Shown here one piece after another: positions 13,101 to 25,295 of a stretch of 64,000 nt of DNA (the stretch's first letter is position 1; every line of letters begins with the position of its first letter). Below the pieces are notes generated by a model that searched no databases, was not told the origin of the DNA, and saw nothing but the letters and a program-made list of their open reading frames with translations. The position numbers were made by a program, and so were the translations under genes. The DNA is taken from assembly GCA_030704615.1 (NCBI GenBank), contig CM060734.1, forward strand, positions 11,904,001 to 11,968,000, read 5' to 3'. This DNA is from Takakia lepidozioides. Lineage: Eukaryota; Plantae; Bryophyta.

Positions 13101-16100
13101 GAGTTCTTGGTGATGCCTTTTGGCTCACCAATGCACCAACGACATTTAGCACGCTGATGAACAGCCTTTTTCAGGAGTGGTTGGATGACTTTGTGATCGT
13201 GTACATCGACGACATCTTGGTGTACTCGAAAACAAAGGAGGAGCACCTGGAGCACCCTCAAAAGGGTGTTCCAAAAATTGCGAGAAGGGAAGCTGTATGC
13301 CAAAGCTTCAAAGTGCGAATTCGGGGTCACAAAAGTGGAGTTCCTGGGGCATGTGATTACACAGGATGGGATCAAAATGGATGACAGAAAGGTGAGGGCG
13401 ATCTTGGACTGGGAGCCTCCGACTTCGGTCCCGGAGTGCGATCCTTCCTAGGACTCGCCTCCTATTACCGGAAGTATGTGAGAAATTTCGCCAAGATCGC
13501 GGGGGCCGCTGTCGGACCTTCTGTGTAAATCCAAAGTCTGGGTATGGAACACCTTGTGCCCAAGCTTTTGCTGAATTGAAGCAGCGGATGGCGGAAGCTC
13601 CAGTCTTGAAAATCCCGGAGTTCGATCGTCCGTTCGAGATACATACAGATGCGTCGGACTTCGCGATTGGGGGTGTACTGATGCAAGATGGACGTCCAGT
13701 GGCTTACGAAAGTAAGAAACTGAATGAAGTGGAGCGACGGTGGCCGACGCACGAAAAAGAGATGAAGGCGGTGGTGCATTGCCTTGAGCTTGGCGCCACT
13801 ATGTTGGTTCCAACCCAGTGAAGGTGTTCACGGACAATGTCACGGTGAAGTATTTTGCCACGCAGCCCAAGTTGTCCCCAAAACAACTTAGGTGGCAAGA
13901 TACTTTGGCGGTGTTCGACGTGGATATCCAGTACAAACCGGGACGGGACAATGTGGTGGCCGATGCTTAAGAAGTAGAAAGCAGCAGCTCTTTTGGTGTA
14001 CAGGGGCGAGACGGCGCTCCAAAGGAAGATCCGGAAGGCTTGCCGGAAGGATGAGCTGGCGAAGTCCGTGATGCAGGACTTGAGGATGGGGGTTAAATCG
14101 CAGTTCCACTTGCAAAATGGACTGCTCCGGTATAAGCAAAAGCGTCTCTACGTGCCGAAGGGAGGGATCAGAGATAGCCTCTTGAGAGAATGCCATGATA
14201 GCCCGCTTGCGGGCCACGGCGGAGCCAAGCGCACTGCGGCACTCTTGAAGAAAGAGTATTTCTGGCCCAAACTGAGGGAGGAGGCAGAGGAGTATGTCAA
14301 GACATGCACCACATGCCAACAAAACCGGAGCGAGTACAAAAAGCAAGCGGGGCTGTTACAACCCTTGCCGATTCCAGAGGGGACTTGGGAAAGCGTCTCG
14401 ATGGATTTCATGACTGCTATGCCGCTGTCAAAAGGATTCGATGCAATCATGGTGGTGGTGGATAGGTTCAGTAAAATGGGCCATTTCATCCCCACCAAGA
14501 GACGGCAACGGCGCAGGAGACAGGGCGACTTTACTTCGCCCACGTCTTAAAGCATCATGGAGTCCCGAAGGATATTGTCTCGGACCGCGATCCAAAGTTT
14601 ACGAGTAAATTTTGGAGGGCACTTTGGAAGAAGATGGGGACGAGGCTGAAGATGAGCACCGCCTTCCGACCTACGACCGACGGCCAAACAGAAAGAGTGA
14701 ATTCCGTAGTGAAGCAGATCTTGCGGAATTACGTGTCGGCAGACCAAACAGACTGGGTGAAACACTTAGACGCGGCAGAGTTCTGTTATAATAACACAGA
14801 ACACTCCGCAACGGGAGTTTCCCCTTTCGTATTGGTCTATGGAAAAGCACCTCTGGTGCCGACAAGTTGGGCCGCCCAGGACGTTGAGGAACCGGCAGTA
14901 GCGGCGGTACTGGAAGAACGCGAGCGTTTGTTGAAGCTCGCAAAGTACAACATTGCCAAAGCTAGGAAACGGTATGAAAGGCAGGCGAATCGGAAGCGGA
15001 GGGAAGTGAAGTTTGAGGCAGGCACAGAGGTCTGGTTGAACATCAAGAATTTCCGACTACCTCCGGAAGTGAGTCCGAAGTTCGTACCTCCGTATGCGGG
15101 ACCCTTTCGCATTCGGAAGGTTATGAATGAGGATGTGTATGAATTGGAGCTGCCAGCAAACAGCAAGGTGCACCCAGTATTCCATGTCTCCCTTTTGAAG
15201 CCTTACTTCAAAGATGAAGCGCGTCCGAATCGGCATCAAGTGTTGCGTCCGCCACCTATGCTGTTGGATCATGAAAATGAACCTGAGTACGAGGTGGAGG
15301 CAATACTTAAGTCGAGGAGGTTCAAGAACCGAGAAACGGAGTATCTCGTCAAATGGAAGGGCTATCATCATGTGGAGGCATCTTGGGTGCGTGCCTCAGA
15401 AATGGGAAACGCATCCGAGGCGGTTGCAGCTTTCGAAGGGCGACCTCAAAAGCGGAAGAAGCGTTGATGGGACATCAACCTTGGAGCGTGGGGGAGGAAA
15501 TGCATGCTTAGCCCGGCTTAGCTAGCTTAGGAATCCGATTGCAAAAACTTGTATTGTACAAAAATGCTATAAATGAAATGGGTTCCAAATGTTGTGCGTC
15601 CTATTTTGTTTGGAATGGTGATGCATGGTATGGTTGGCTAGTGTGTAGAATGCATGCTAGCTTATAAAAGTGGGAGAGGTAAATTGGGTTAATCGTGTGT
15701 TTGCGTAGTGCCGAAATCGGGTGACCCCATCCAAGGGGCAAGGAAACTTGCGCCTTCTTTGGGAGTTCACGTGCTAGTGCGCACCTGGCGCGTGCGCGTA
15801 CTATAACTGCGCTACCGAGGGGGTTGCCTTGTAGTGCGGGCTAACGCGGAAGCTACGTGCTTCCGTTCACGTACTATAATCGTGTAGCCTCGGGACGAAG
15901 TCGTAGTGCGGCTTCGGCGTGTTCCCGTACCTCAGGCCAGCATTCCAAGGCGGACCCAATTGTAGTGATTGGGGCGCACGGTTGGTTCAAGGTTATCTTC
16001 CTAGTCAAAGAGGGTTCCAGGGGACCCTTGCTCAAGGTGATGCCAAAAGCGGCATCATGAGCGGTCGCAAGCAATGTTGTTGCAGTAAGGCGATTCGATC

Positions 16101-17092
16101 CTCGGGGAGGATCGTTCCTTGGCCTTGAAGTAGGCCAAGAAGAGTGCACTGGGAGGAGCTTGAGAGGCTCCACCCTTGGCCGGGACTTGGAGGAAGTCGG
16201 CCGAACTAGCTAGTGGAGAGTAGAGTCAAGTGTGGGGTTTGGTTCTTTGCCATGGGACGCCATGGTACGGAAACAAACTCCTTGATGTGGGACGCCACAA
16301 CTTGGATGTTCGTTTCTACAAAATGAACAAGTCGATGAGGACATCGACTCCCTGTTGGTAGGGGTGTGTGTCGCGGCCCTTTGCCTTGAGGGCAGGGGGT
16401 CGGGACACATGAGGGGTTGCCCCTGTGGTGGGGGCAGCGGCAGCGATAGGTATGGGGGGCTGAAGCACCCTTGAGTGCCCAAGGCACCAAGGAGGCGGAG
16501 GCGCTCACTAGGTGGAGCCCCGCACACCGGGTTGCGGTGGGGGTGGCTCCACAAGGGGTGGTGGTAGCTTAGCGGACTTAGTGGGGGTGGCATAGGACTC
16601 ACCATGGGGGCGGAGACCTCGTGGTGGGAGTCGTGGGGAGTCTTGGGACTCATCACGGTCCATAGGGGCCGTGGTGAGTGGGCCAAGACTCACCGCGACT
16701 CATCACCGGGAGTCGAGGGTTTTCGTGGTGGTTCGCCATAAAATGGCATGGCTGGTTGTGAAACCCCCGCGGACAGCTACAGAAGTATATATAAGGGGAG
16801 TAGTAACCTCGAGAACGGTGCAAGCCCGTTGGTGACCAAAAACTAGTGAGTAAGCGAGCGAGCCGGAAAGCGACCAAAAAGTGGGGAGCTGTTCCGGACT
16901 GCCATCTACCAAAGGGAATTCTCCTGGTCCCAAATAGGTGGAGGGTTTAGTGGAAGCGAAGGGGGACCGTTATGTCCCGGTGAGCAGCCGAAGCTCCAAG
17001 TTGGCCCGGCGGCCAGGTTGGGAGTCAGGCGCGCGCATCAAAGCGAGTAACTATGACTTGAAGGGGAGCTTATCGAAGTGAGGTGCGCGACA
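10131..17092 (+). mobile_element. Full-length Ty3/Gypsy chromovirus (Galadriel-like), copy 1; LTRs 10131-10854 and 16369-17092
   Basis: TGTCGCG...CGCGACA LTRs, tRNA-iMet PBS TGGTATCAGAGC (10857-10868), and TSD TGCTG/TGTTG (1 mismatch). Domain order is gag-CCHC, protease LVDTGASH, RT YIDDIL, RNase [13 protein letters not shown], integrase, chromodomain. Many frameshifts. Confidence 0.97.
15280..15467 (+). CDS. Integrase C-terminal chromodomain plus basic NLS-like tail (copy 1)
   Basis: EPEYEVEAILKSR...EYLVKWKGY...SW, with the aromatic-cage residues retained. Ends in RPQKRKKR. Confidence 0.9.
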
Positions 17093-19127
17093 TGTTGGCC
17101 CCCCTGCTGGTGCTAGTCCTTGAGGACCTGTTGTAGTTGTGGTGGAACTCCACCAAGTGCTGGTCCATGAGCACTCCCTGCTACTGGCCCCACTACATTC
17201 ACAGTATTCCCAACTCCAGTTGCACTACTTCCCACACTCCCTGTCTTCCCCGAGCCAGATCCAGGCTGCCCGCCTGATCCCCCTGAGCTGACACCTTTGT
17301 TGGCCTGTGATCCAAGTGCTCCACTTGATCCAGGTCCAACAGGTTGGGATGTCATGGTTGTAGTCTCAACCTCAACTGTTGGGTCTACTTCTTCATACTC
17401 TCATCTTCCAATTTCTTCTCTCTGTTTTCATCTTCCAAGTTCTGCCCTTGGGTTTCTTCTTCTTCACTCATGTAACTCAACTAAAGTGGTGTGGGAGAGT
17501 CTGAACTCTCCGTTGGCTCTGCCACATCCTCCTCTCCTTCCTGGCCTTGTGCCTCAAAAACTGGAGTTCCTGCTTTTGGTGTTCCATGCCAACTCTAATC
17601 AAAGATTTCCGTCAAATCTTTAATCCAGGGATGTACCTCAAATCTTTCACCTCGTGGTTGATCTTCTTCCTGTACCAATTCCCTTAATCTTTCTTGTAAA
17701 GAATAAAAAGGAGTAGCATCCAACTCTAATTCTTCCGGTATGGGTGATGTACTCTTTGATCTTAACGGTGTGAGAGGTCCAGATGATTCCCCTATGTCTA
17801 TTCCTCTCTCCCAAAGATATGGATAATTAGCTTTCAGATAACTTTCTCTTTTTGCTGAATATCTCTGGAGTCTAGCTTTTCTTTCATCACTCATGTCCCA
17901 TGTCTTTCATATCTTTAATGAGGCAATAACCAAAACTCTCTTCTGTAGTATCTCTCGTATATGCCTGAATTTCTTTCAAGCTTCAATGCACCTTTGGCTA
18001 TACTAGAAGTCTCCGTTACCATATAACCATATGGCAAACAAGTCTGAAAAGCTGTTCTTGGTGTGAGTTTGATCCACAGAATATCCTTAGGAATCCAATT
18101 CTTTACCAGTGTAAGCTCTTCATGCATATGAGTGTAAACATTCACTTTCCTTTCCTCCCAGCCTTCAAACTCTACTTGCTTAATGGATAGCAATGCTATC
18201 ACATAAACCAGTGTTGGTAACCAACGTGCTCTTCCTCTACAGGCTACTTGATAAATCTTTATCACTCCATTCTCCAGACCCCACTCAGGGTTAGCATCAT
18301 GCACTCTCTTAAGAATATTTTCTTTACAACCGTCTGGCAATTCCAAGAACCTCTGAAAGAATTGTTTGGACAATCTTTCCTTCTCCGTTCCACATGGAAT
18401 TTGATTCACATTAAATTCTTTAATTCTCCAACCACCATGATCCCACCAGATGCCTGTCACATCTGGTTGTTCATGACCCAGTTCCCCAGTATGGTCGCCA
18501 AATGTCGAGCGGCTTTTACTCACCCATCCCTTCGCTATCCGAGGCGGAAACTCCAAGATAGAAGAGTTGGATATCTCTAAACACTCAGCCCGCTCAGAAC
18601 AATCAGTCATGACCTACAGCTAGTGAATCATGGTTGTGCTTCCTATTTGTATTTCTTCTTGCCTTCATGTTAGCCAATTACCTTACTGTGCATACTGAAG
18701 CATCAGATTGCTTCAGTATCTATCAAGTTCCAATCAATCATTCATTCATTCCACAACTTCATTTATGTCTCTCTGCACAGTGTATTTGTATCGAATTAGT
18801 ATCAGATTATGATTTATCAGGTATCAGGCCAATGCCATGATGTCCCTAATCTACCCTACTGTATGATTCTACAGCTTGCATGAATTAAGCCTCAATCAAG
18901 TCATCATCTCCTCTTCACTGTTTCCGCTCTCCGTTTCCTCTCCCCTTCCCCTCACCAAGTCGCGCTCTCCAAGAAGTGATCCCCTTCCTGTTGCCGCCCT
19001 GCCTAATCTACCCGCAAGCTGTTCTAACCACCTAACTAACTAACTGTCACCCCTGAAGTAACCCGTTCCCTCTGCAGATGTCGTTCCCACACAGTCATTC
19101 CCTGTCAATGATAACCGTTCCCTATGT

Positions 19128-19300
19128 ACGCTGTGACGGGCTGTGCCAAGCTGTGTCGAGCTGTGACTGTGCCGAGCTGTGACTGGCTGTGTAAAACTGT
19201 GTCGGGCTGTGTCGGGTTGTGACTAGCTGTGGCGAAGTTGTGACTGGCTGTGACTGGCTGTATGAGGCTGTGTCGGGCTGTGTTAGACTGTGTCGGCCTG
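19128..19300. repeat. 10-bp tandem array (GCTGTGACTG/GCTGTGTCGG) inside the Tat/Ogre-like LTR; inverse copy at about 24415-24640
   Basis: Decamer periodicity is directly visible in both LTR copies. Confidence 0.9.
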
Positions 19301-19438
19301 TCTACCACCCCTAAAGCCTGTGTCTGTCACCCCTAAGGCCTCTGTTGGTCTAAGTCTTCCCTTCGTAAGTCTGCGCAAAAATTAAGGGTACCCCACAGAG
19401 CCCGTAAAAGTGACTAAGTCCCAAACAGCCCTCTAACA

Positions 19439-22400
19439 ACCGGGGTCAGTACCAATCAAATAGGCAAAGTACAGGATGAATCCCAACTATGCACAGAAGG
19501 TTGGGGAGGAGATTAAGAAGTTGGCTGAGGCTAAGTTCATATACCCGATAGAGTATACAACTTGGCTATCACCCATTGTGATAGTTCCCAAGAAGAATGG
19601 CAAACTGAGAGTTTGTGTGAACTATAAGAAGTTGAATGATTGTACAAAGAAAGATCTCTTTCCTTTGCCATTTACAGAAGCTGTACTGGACACTGTGGCA
19701 GGCCATGAGATGTATACAGAAGATGTATGATAACAACATAGCTATGTTACAAACCATTAACAAATAGATGCTTGCTAGCGTCAATGCCAATAAGTTGAAG
19801 GGATACAGTGGTATCCATGATAAACCATTGCAGCATGATTTGCATCTTGAAACACAGATGAAAGCACAGACTACACCAGTAGCACCAGCGGAGCATGAAA
19901 CACTTGACATAAAGCCGAATGTGTATGACCATAGCAGAGAACATAGGTGTTCACACAACCATCACAGTCCACCATAGTCTAATACAACATATCACAGCTT
20001 ACCACAGCTTGTCACAGCCCAACACAGGCAACACAACCCACACAGGTCGCACAGTCCATAGGGGCAGTGACAGATGGACACGAGTTAACGTCAGTTAAGT
20101 GGCCGGTAAGTGTAAAGACAAATGAAGTGTAATGACAAACTCGGAGAATGTGCCACGCGGACAGAGGGAGACGGGAGAGTGTTTGAATTCAAACACGTGG
20201 CCTAAGGGGCAATAACGAGCGTCATCACACAAGAAGACAAACACGACCGTCAAAGTACCTACCCGGTACATCAGCCGAAACTTATTATGAGCCCATTAAT
20301 ACATCAAGAGGACAGGTAACGGAACACTTTACGTGTCCGGCAAAGGGAAACCTTTGCCACATATGCAGTCCTAGTGGTCATTCCAAGATGGAATGTGAAC
20401 AGATTAGGGTAAAAATGAGAAGTTACCTAATGAGGCAACGACCAATCAGCAACGTGAATTTTGTGCAAGAGACTCCATTCAAGAAACAAGAACAAGAAAT
20501 TAAGAAGATTATGAGCGGAAGAATAGGTGTTATTCCGGATAACCAATGTCTCAACGGGAGGGGCAATCAAAGCTATAGTTTTGTAGCTATGGCGGATATC
20601 ACGGACTATACACTAGCTCTACTTCTTACGCAGTGGCGCAAGGAAGGACAGGTTGAAAGTACTTTCTTTCTCACTCGCTATTTGCAAACCCCGCAGGCTT
20701 ACACCCACTTGCCTGTTCCATTCTGTGCTAATCACACTTTCATGCTATACGCATTACAAGCTTTCCTGCAGTTATTCCAAACAAGGCCTTCTTGTTTGTC
20801 CGGGATGAAGCAAATTAGAGAGATGGAGGATCTACGAGTGAAGAGCACAACGATCTTATAGAGGCAAACAATCGCCACACCACAGACAGTGCAGCTGCTG
20901 AAGGAATTGCGGTTGGAGGGATTGTTGCACAAAGAATGGTTTTTGCATCATCGGGAATTGATGATCCAGTTCATCAAGAACTTTGAGCCAAAGACGGGAG
21001 TTACCCAGGTGAAGGGCGTAGATATACAAGTTACTCCGCAGTACTTGCAACAGCTTTTTGAATTATCATCTGGTAATGTGAGCGTAGATGAGCACAGGGC
21101 AAGATTGCAAATAGGGGATCTTTTCCAAGAAACGATTTTTTTCAGGAACCAGGGATTCACTTGCACCAAAGCCGAGTATCCAGGGTTGAGGGAAATTGGC
21201 CAGATGCTAAACATTCTGTTTGTCATGAAACAGAACCAACGGTATCTTAGCAGATCTTGTACGGAGAAGGTTCTGAAAGCTTTGAGAGGAGAGGATGTAG
21301 CTTGGGTGGAGATGATGCACAGTGGTCTGGTGGAGGAGATGAAACGATTACAAAATACTACTGTCAAGTCCCCAATTATTGTGTCTAGCCCAATTATTGC
21401 ACAGATCATCTTTGATTCTTGCTTGCTTCAAGAACGCAAAGTAATGGGGGTGTTTGAGGCAGCCACAACTGCAGTTGAGGAGCGAGGCTCTTCACAAGGT
21501 GAATGAGGTTTAGAGAGGCAGCACCAGTCCAGGAGACAGAAGAGGGACGCAACTGTAATGGCGGATCCACTGGCCACAAAGAACCCTCACGATGATGTTT
21601 CCATAGCTCCTGCACAGGATGGGGTGCAGCAACACAATAGGCTGTTATTACTGGAAGCACGGCCATTAGAGAGGGAGGAAGAAGTCACCTCATGAGTACC
21701 ACGGCCAGCACAGCAAGCTGACTAGGTTGCCCCAGTGGTAACTCAGACCGGACATGTTGTTACACCGGAGCCTCTTACTGTGGAGAGAGAGGGGTTAGAC
21801 ATCCCCACTACAGAGCAAGTAGTGGCAGAAATTGGGAAGGGCGACCTTCTCTATGAAAACTCTAGCATGGTCGGAGAACCCATAGTACCAAAGATGCAGA
21901 GCCTGCCCAAGGAAATCCCTGCTGTGCATGTTATGCCTAGAACTGTGACAGAGGTTAAAGAGGTAAAGGGCAAGAGTACTGCAGCACCTGTGGAGGATGA
22001 GGTTGCTCAGGAAGAAGATCTTGTGGGATCATGGCCTGACTGGTTTGTGAAACATCAAACTGTGGAGAATCAGGAAGAACAACAACAAGTTCTCCATGAA
22101 GACCCACAGCAGGCCATGCTTATGAGTTCTATAAGCAGGACTCTCAATCTATTGGGCACCTATGTCAAGACTCATGTTCCTTCCACTCAATTGGCAGCAT
22201 TGCGGGAGGAGCTCAAGCAAGAGCTTGAGGCAAGAATTGCCACTGAGTGTGCAAATAGGGTGGATGTGGAGGCCAACCTCAAGTTGCAGAAAGAGTTGTA
22301 GGACACTAAAATTGCCCTACAGCTTGCAAAGGAAAATTTAATTGAAGCAGGTCTTGAGCAGGAGAAGTTGCATGAAGTGCATAAGCAGCAGCTATACTAG

Positions 22401-25295
22401 ATACAGATTCAGCATGAGGGCAAGTTGCATGAAGTGAAGTTGCTTCATACAGAATTGGAAGCACTCCATCAGAAAATGATCATACAGTGTGCCACACTAA
22501 CGACTAATCTGGAGATGGCTGCACTGGAAGTTGTCAAAAACCCTTAGAGATGTATAACGGCCGAGACAGAGTCAATGGAGCAGGGAAAACTCATTGCTGA
22601 CATGAAGGCTACTATCTGTCACAATGAGGATACCATTCAACAGTTCCACCGGGTCGATGCCCAGAAGGACAGGTACATCTTTGAATTGCAGCAAACAATC
22701 ACAGTACCGGAGAATGAACTTTCTGTGAGTGAAAGGGCCTGGAAAGAAGCCAATAATCTGTCAGCTGCCTATGCAGCTCTGGTTGAGCCTCATGCGAAGT
22801 GCATGGAGAGTTTACAACAGCAGTTGGAAGCATACCGGCTCAAAGAGGAGCAGGATCTCCGTGGTGTTACACAGGACTTGGTGGATAATCATCTTTTGCA
22901 AGAGTGGTTAACACAAGGGCCAGTGGAAGGGAAAGCATCAAGAAAGCTCACCCAAGACGAGATGAATGATCTCAGGCTACGGGTACATAACATTGCCACA
23001 ACCACTATAGACAATGTCTATAGTCGGATAGCTGAGTTACAGGAGGACGTAGAAGGGCTGCAGACTCAAGTAGATGACTTGAGCTCCAACATTGACAAAA
23101 GGGCCTTTGTTCCTGAATGAATCCATGAACAATCTGGAAGGCAATTAATTCCTTTAGCATGGTTCCTGCCTCAGACCAGTACCGCGCAAAATGGTGATCT
23201 TCAATGGGTCTGTCAGTTGGAAGAACTTTAGTCCGAGTTGCCACTGGCAACCAAATGCGCATGATCTGGTAATAGTGTCCAAAGACTCTGGAGGACTGAA
23301 TTCTTTCCAAGCCAAATCCATAACAATGGGAATTTGGTTGAAGGATAGAATCATAGCCCGATTGTATTCAAGTGTAGCAGGAGTAGTAGGTGGGTTAAAA
23401 GAAGCATCACCCCAAACCTCAGATAGTGATTGCTGCAGTGCCATGGTATCAACATTGTCGACGTGGTGTGGTTATTGTGATGTCGTTGCCACAGTCCCTC
23501 CTGATGTTGGCAAGTCCTGCACTTCTTGTGCTGAAGATTGGAAAATCAAAGTCCTTGCGTGCAAATAGGTAGCCATGAGCTGTTAAGCTTCCAGACATGG
23601 TGGGCATACACTGTATGCCAGTCAGGATTCCTTCAAAGCCATCGAAGGTCAAGAAACAGTACGGCCAACGGGGGGAAGATGATTCCGATACTACTGGTTC
23701 TGTGGAGGAAACTTTTGACATGGCTGAGGATTATGCGATACAAATGGCGGAAAAGAAATGACGGGGATTTCCTATGCCTGAAAAGTTACCTCCATATCAG
23801 CCTAAGGCAGGACAGTCAAATCCATCTAGTCGAATTGTAAAACTTGTGTCAGCCTCTTTCGGGCAAGATTAATATATGCCCGTAGCTCATCATCTGTATA
23901 GCTGAGTGGTGAGCCATTGACTTTGGAGAAGTGTAATCACTTCCTGGCTTCATGCCCCTTGGGAAAAATGTGGTCAAGACCCAAGTTCTCCTTGGCCAAG
24001 TTCTCCAGAGCAAAAGTAAACCAAGAACAACGTTGGGGATCCTTCTGAAGCATGATCCTTACATCATACAGATATGTATGTGGTGGAACTGAAGGTAACA
24101 TCCAATGCTCCCCACTGGAATAAGAGTCATCCCCACCAGCCAGCGACATGGCTCGGGCTCACACACAGAGCCCTCCGAGGGACTCTCACCGGCAGAAGGG
24201 TGCTCGTTCACAAAGGTATGCTGATCCTAAACAGTAAACCGTGAGGACACGGTTTTTGAGAGGGGGAGGGATAATGTTAGAGGACTGTCTGGGACTTATA
24301 CAGTTTTACGGGTTCTGTGGCGTACCCTTAATTTTGCGCAGACCTACGGTGGTAGACTCAGACCAATACAAACCTTAGGGGTGACAGACATGGGCCTTAG
24401 GGGTGGTAGACAGGCTTACACAGTCAGTTACAGCCTTACACAGTTAGACACAGCTTGACATAGCCTGACATAGTCAGTCACAACCTTACACAGCCTATCA
24501 TAGCCTATCACAGCCAGTCACAGCCTATCACAGTCTATCACAGCCCGACACAGCCGACACAGCCCGACACAGCCAATCACATTTTGACACGGCCAGTCAC
24601 AGCCCGACATAGCTTGGCACAGCCCGTCACAGCGTTCACAGGGAATGGTTATCATTGGCAAGGAACGACTGTGTGGGAACGACTGTGTGGGAACGACATC
24701 TGCAGAGGGAACGTGCATTCTGTCTTGGATGAAAGTTAGTTAGTTAGGCGGTTAGAACAGCTTGCGGATAGAATAGGCAGAGTAGCGACATGGAGGGGGT
24801 CACTTCTGAGATCACTGCTGGAACATCACTTGAGGAGATCAGGCGGAGAGCACGATCTTGGAGCACAGGGATGGAGATTACACAGAGGAGGAGATACAAC
24901 GAGATGATGTTTGATTCATGCAAGCTGTAGAGATGCACTGTAGAGCAGATTAGAGACACCGTGGCTTTGGCCTGATACATGATAGATATTAATATGATTC
25001 ATATTTCATATTCACACCGTGTAGAGAGATATGAGTGAAGCTGTGGAATGAATCCTTGAGTAGTTGGAACATGGTAGATTACAGAAGCAATCTGATACTT
25101 AATCATAGACAATAAGGTAAATTGCTAACATGAATGCGAGATGGGATACAAATAGAAAGCACACCCATGATACACTAGTTGTAGGTCATGACTGATTGTT
25201 CTGAGCGGGCTGAGTACTTAGAGATTTCCAACTCTTCTATCTTGGAGTTTCCACCTCGGATAGCTAAGGGATGGGTGAGTAAAAGCCGCTCGACA
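19439..25295 (+). mobile_element. Same Tat/Ogre-like family, 3' portion: RT fragment 19440-19725, accessory sense and antisense ORFs, PPT 24258-24271, 3' LTR 24275-25295
   Basis: RT peptide YRMNPNYAQKV..EI.KL...FIYPIEYTTWLSPIVIVPKKNGKLRVCVNYKKLN..TKKDLFPLPF. PPT GAGAGGGGGAGGGA precedes the TGTTAG...CTCGACA LTR. Confidence 0.88.
20804..23120 (+). pseudogene. Accessory retroelement ORF (about 770 codons): globular N-terminus, acidic linker, long coiled-coil C-terminus
   Basis: ORF-track pieces starting at 20388, 20889, 21735 and 22575 all share one frame and are separated by stop codons. The C-terminal half is heptad-like and E/Q/L-rich. Confidence 0.75.

Larger units (their letters stand above)
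9860..19438 (-). mobile_element. Ty3/Gypsy non-chromovirus (Tat/Ogre-like) 5' portion: 5' LTR 18503-19438, PBS, extra ORF(s) 17595-18480, gag from 17355, interrupted by chromovirus copy 1 and truncated at about 9860
   Basis: TG..CA LTR is homologous to 24275-25295. PBS TGGCGACCATACTGGGGA immediately follows the LTR. The gag peptide PFPIYAGKWDPD...AKMRLFPCSFIKKASEWYARF...TWNDL is at 9860-10130 and rejoins across the TSD as GLAPAGGPT|APVSGQG. Confidence 0.85.

Noticed and set aside
19128-19300. Regular short repeats as a CRISPR-like array
   Set aside because: They are contiguous 10-bp tandem units with no unique spacers, inside an LTR of a eukaryotic genome.
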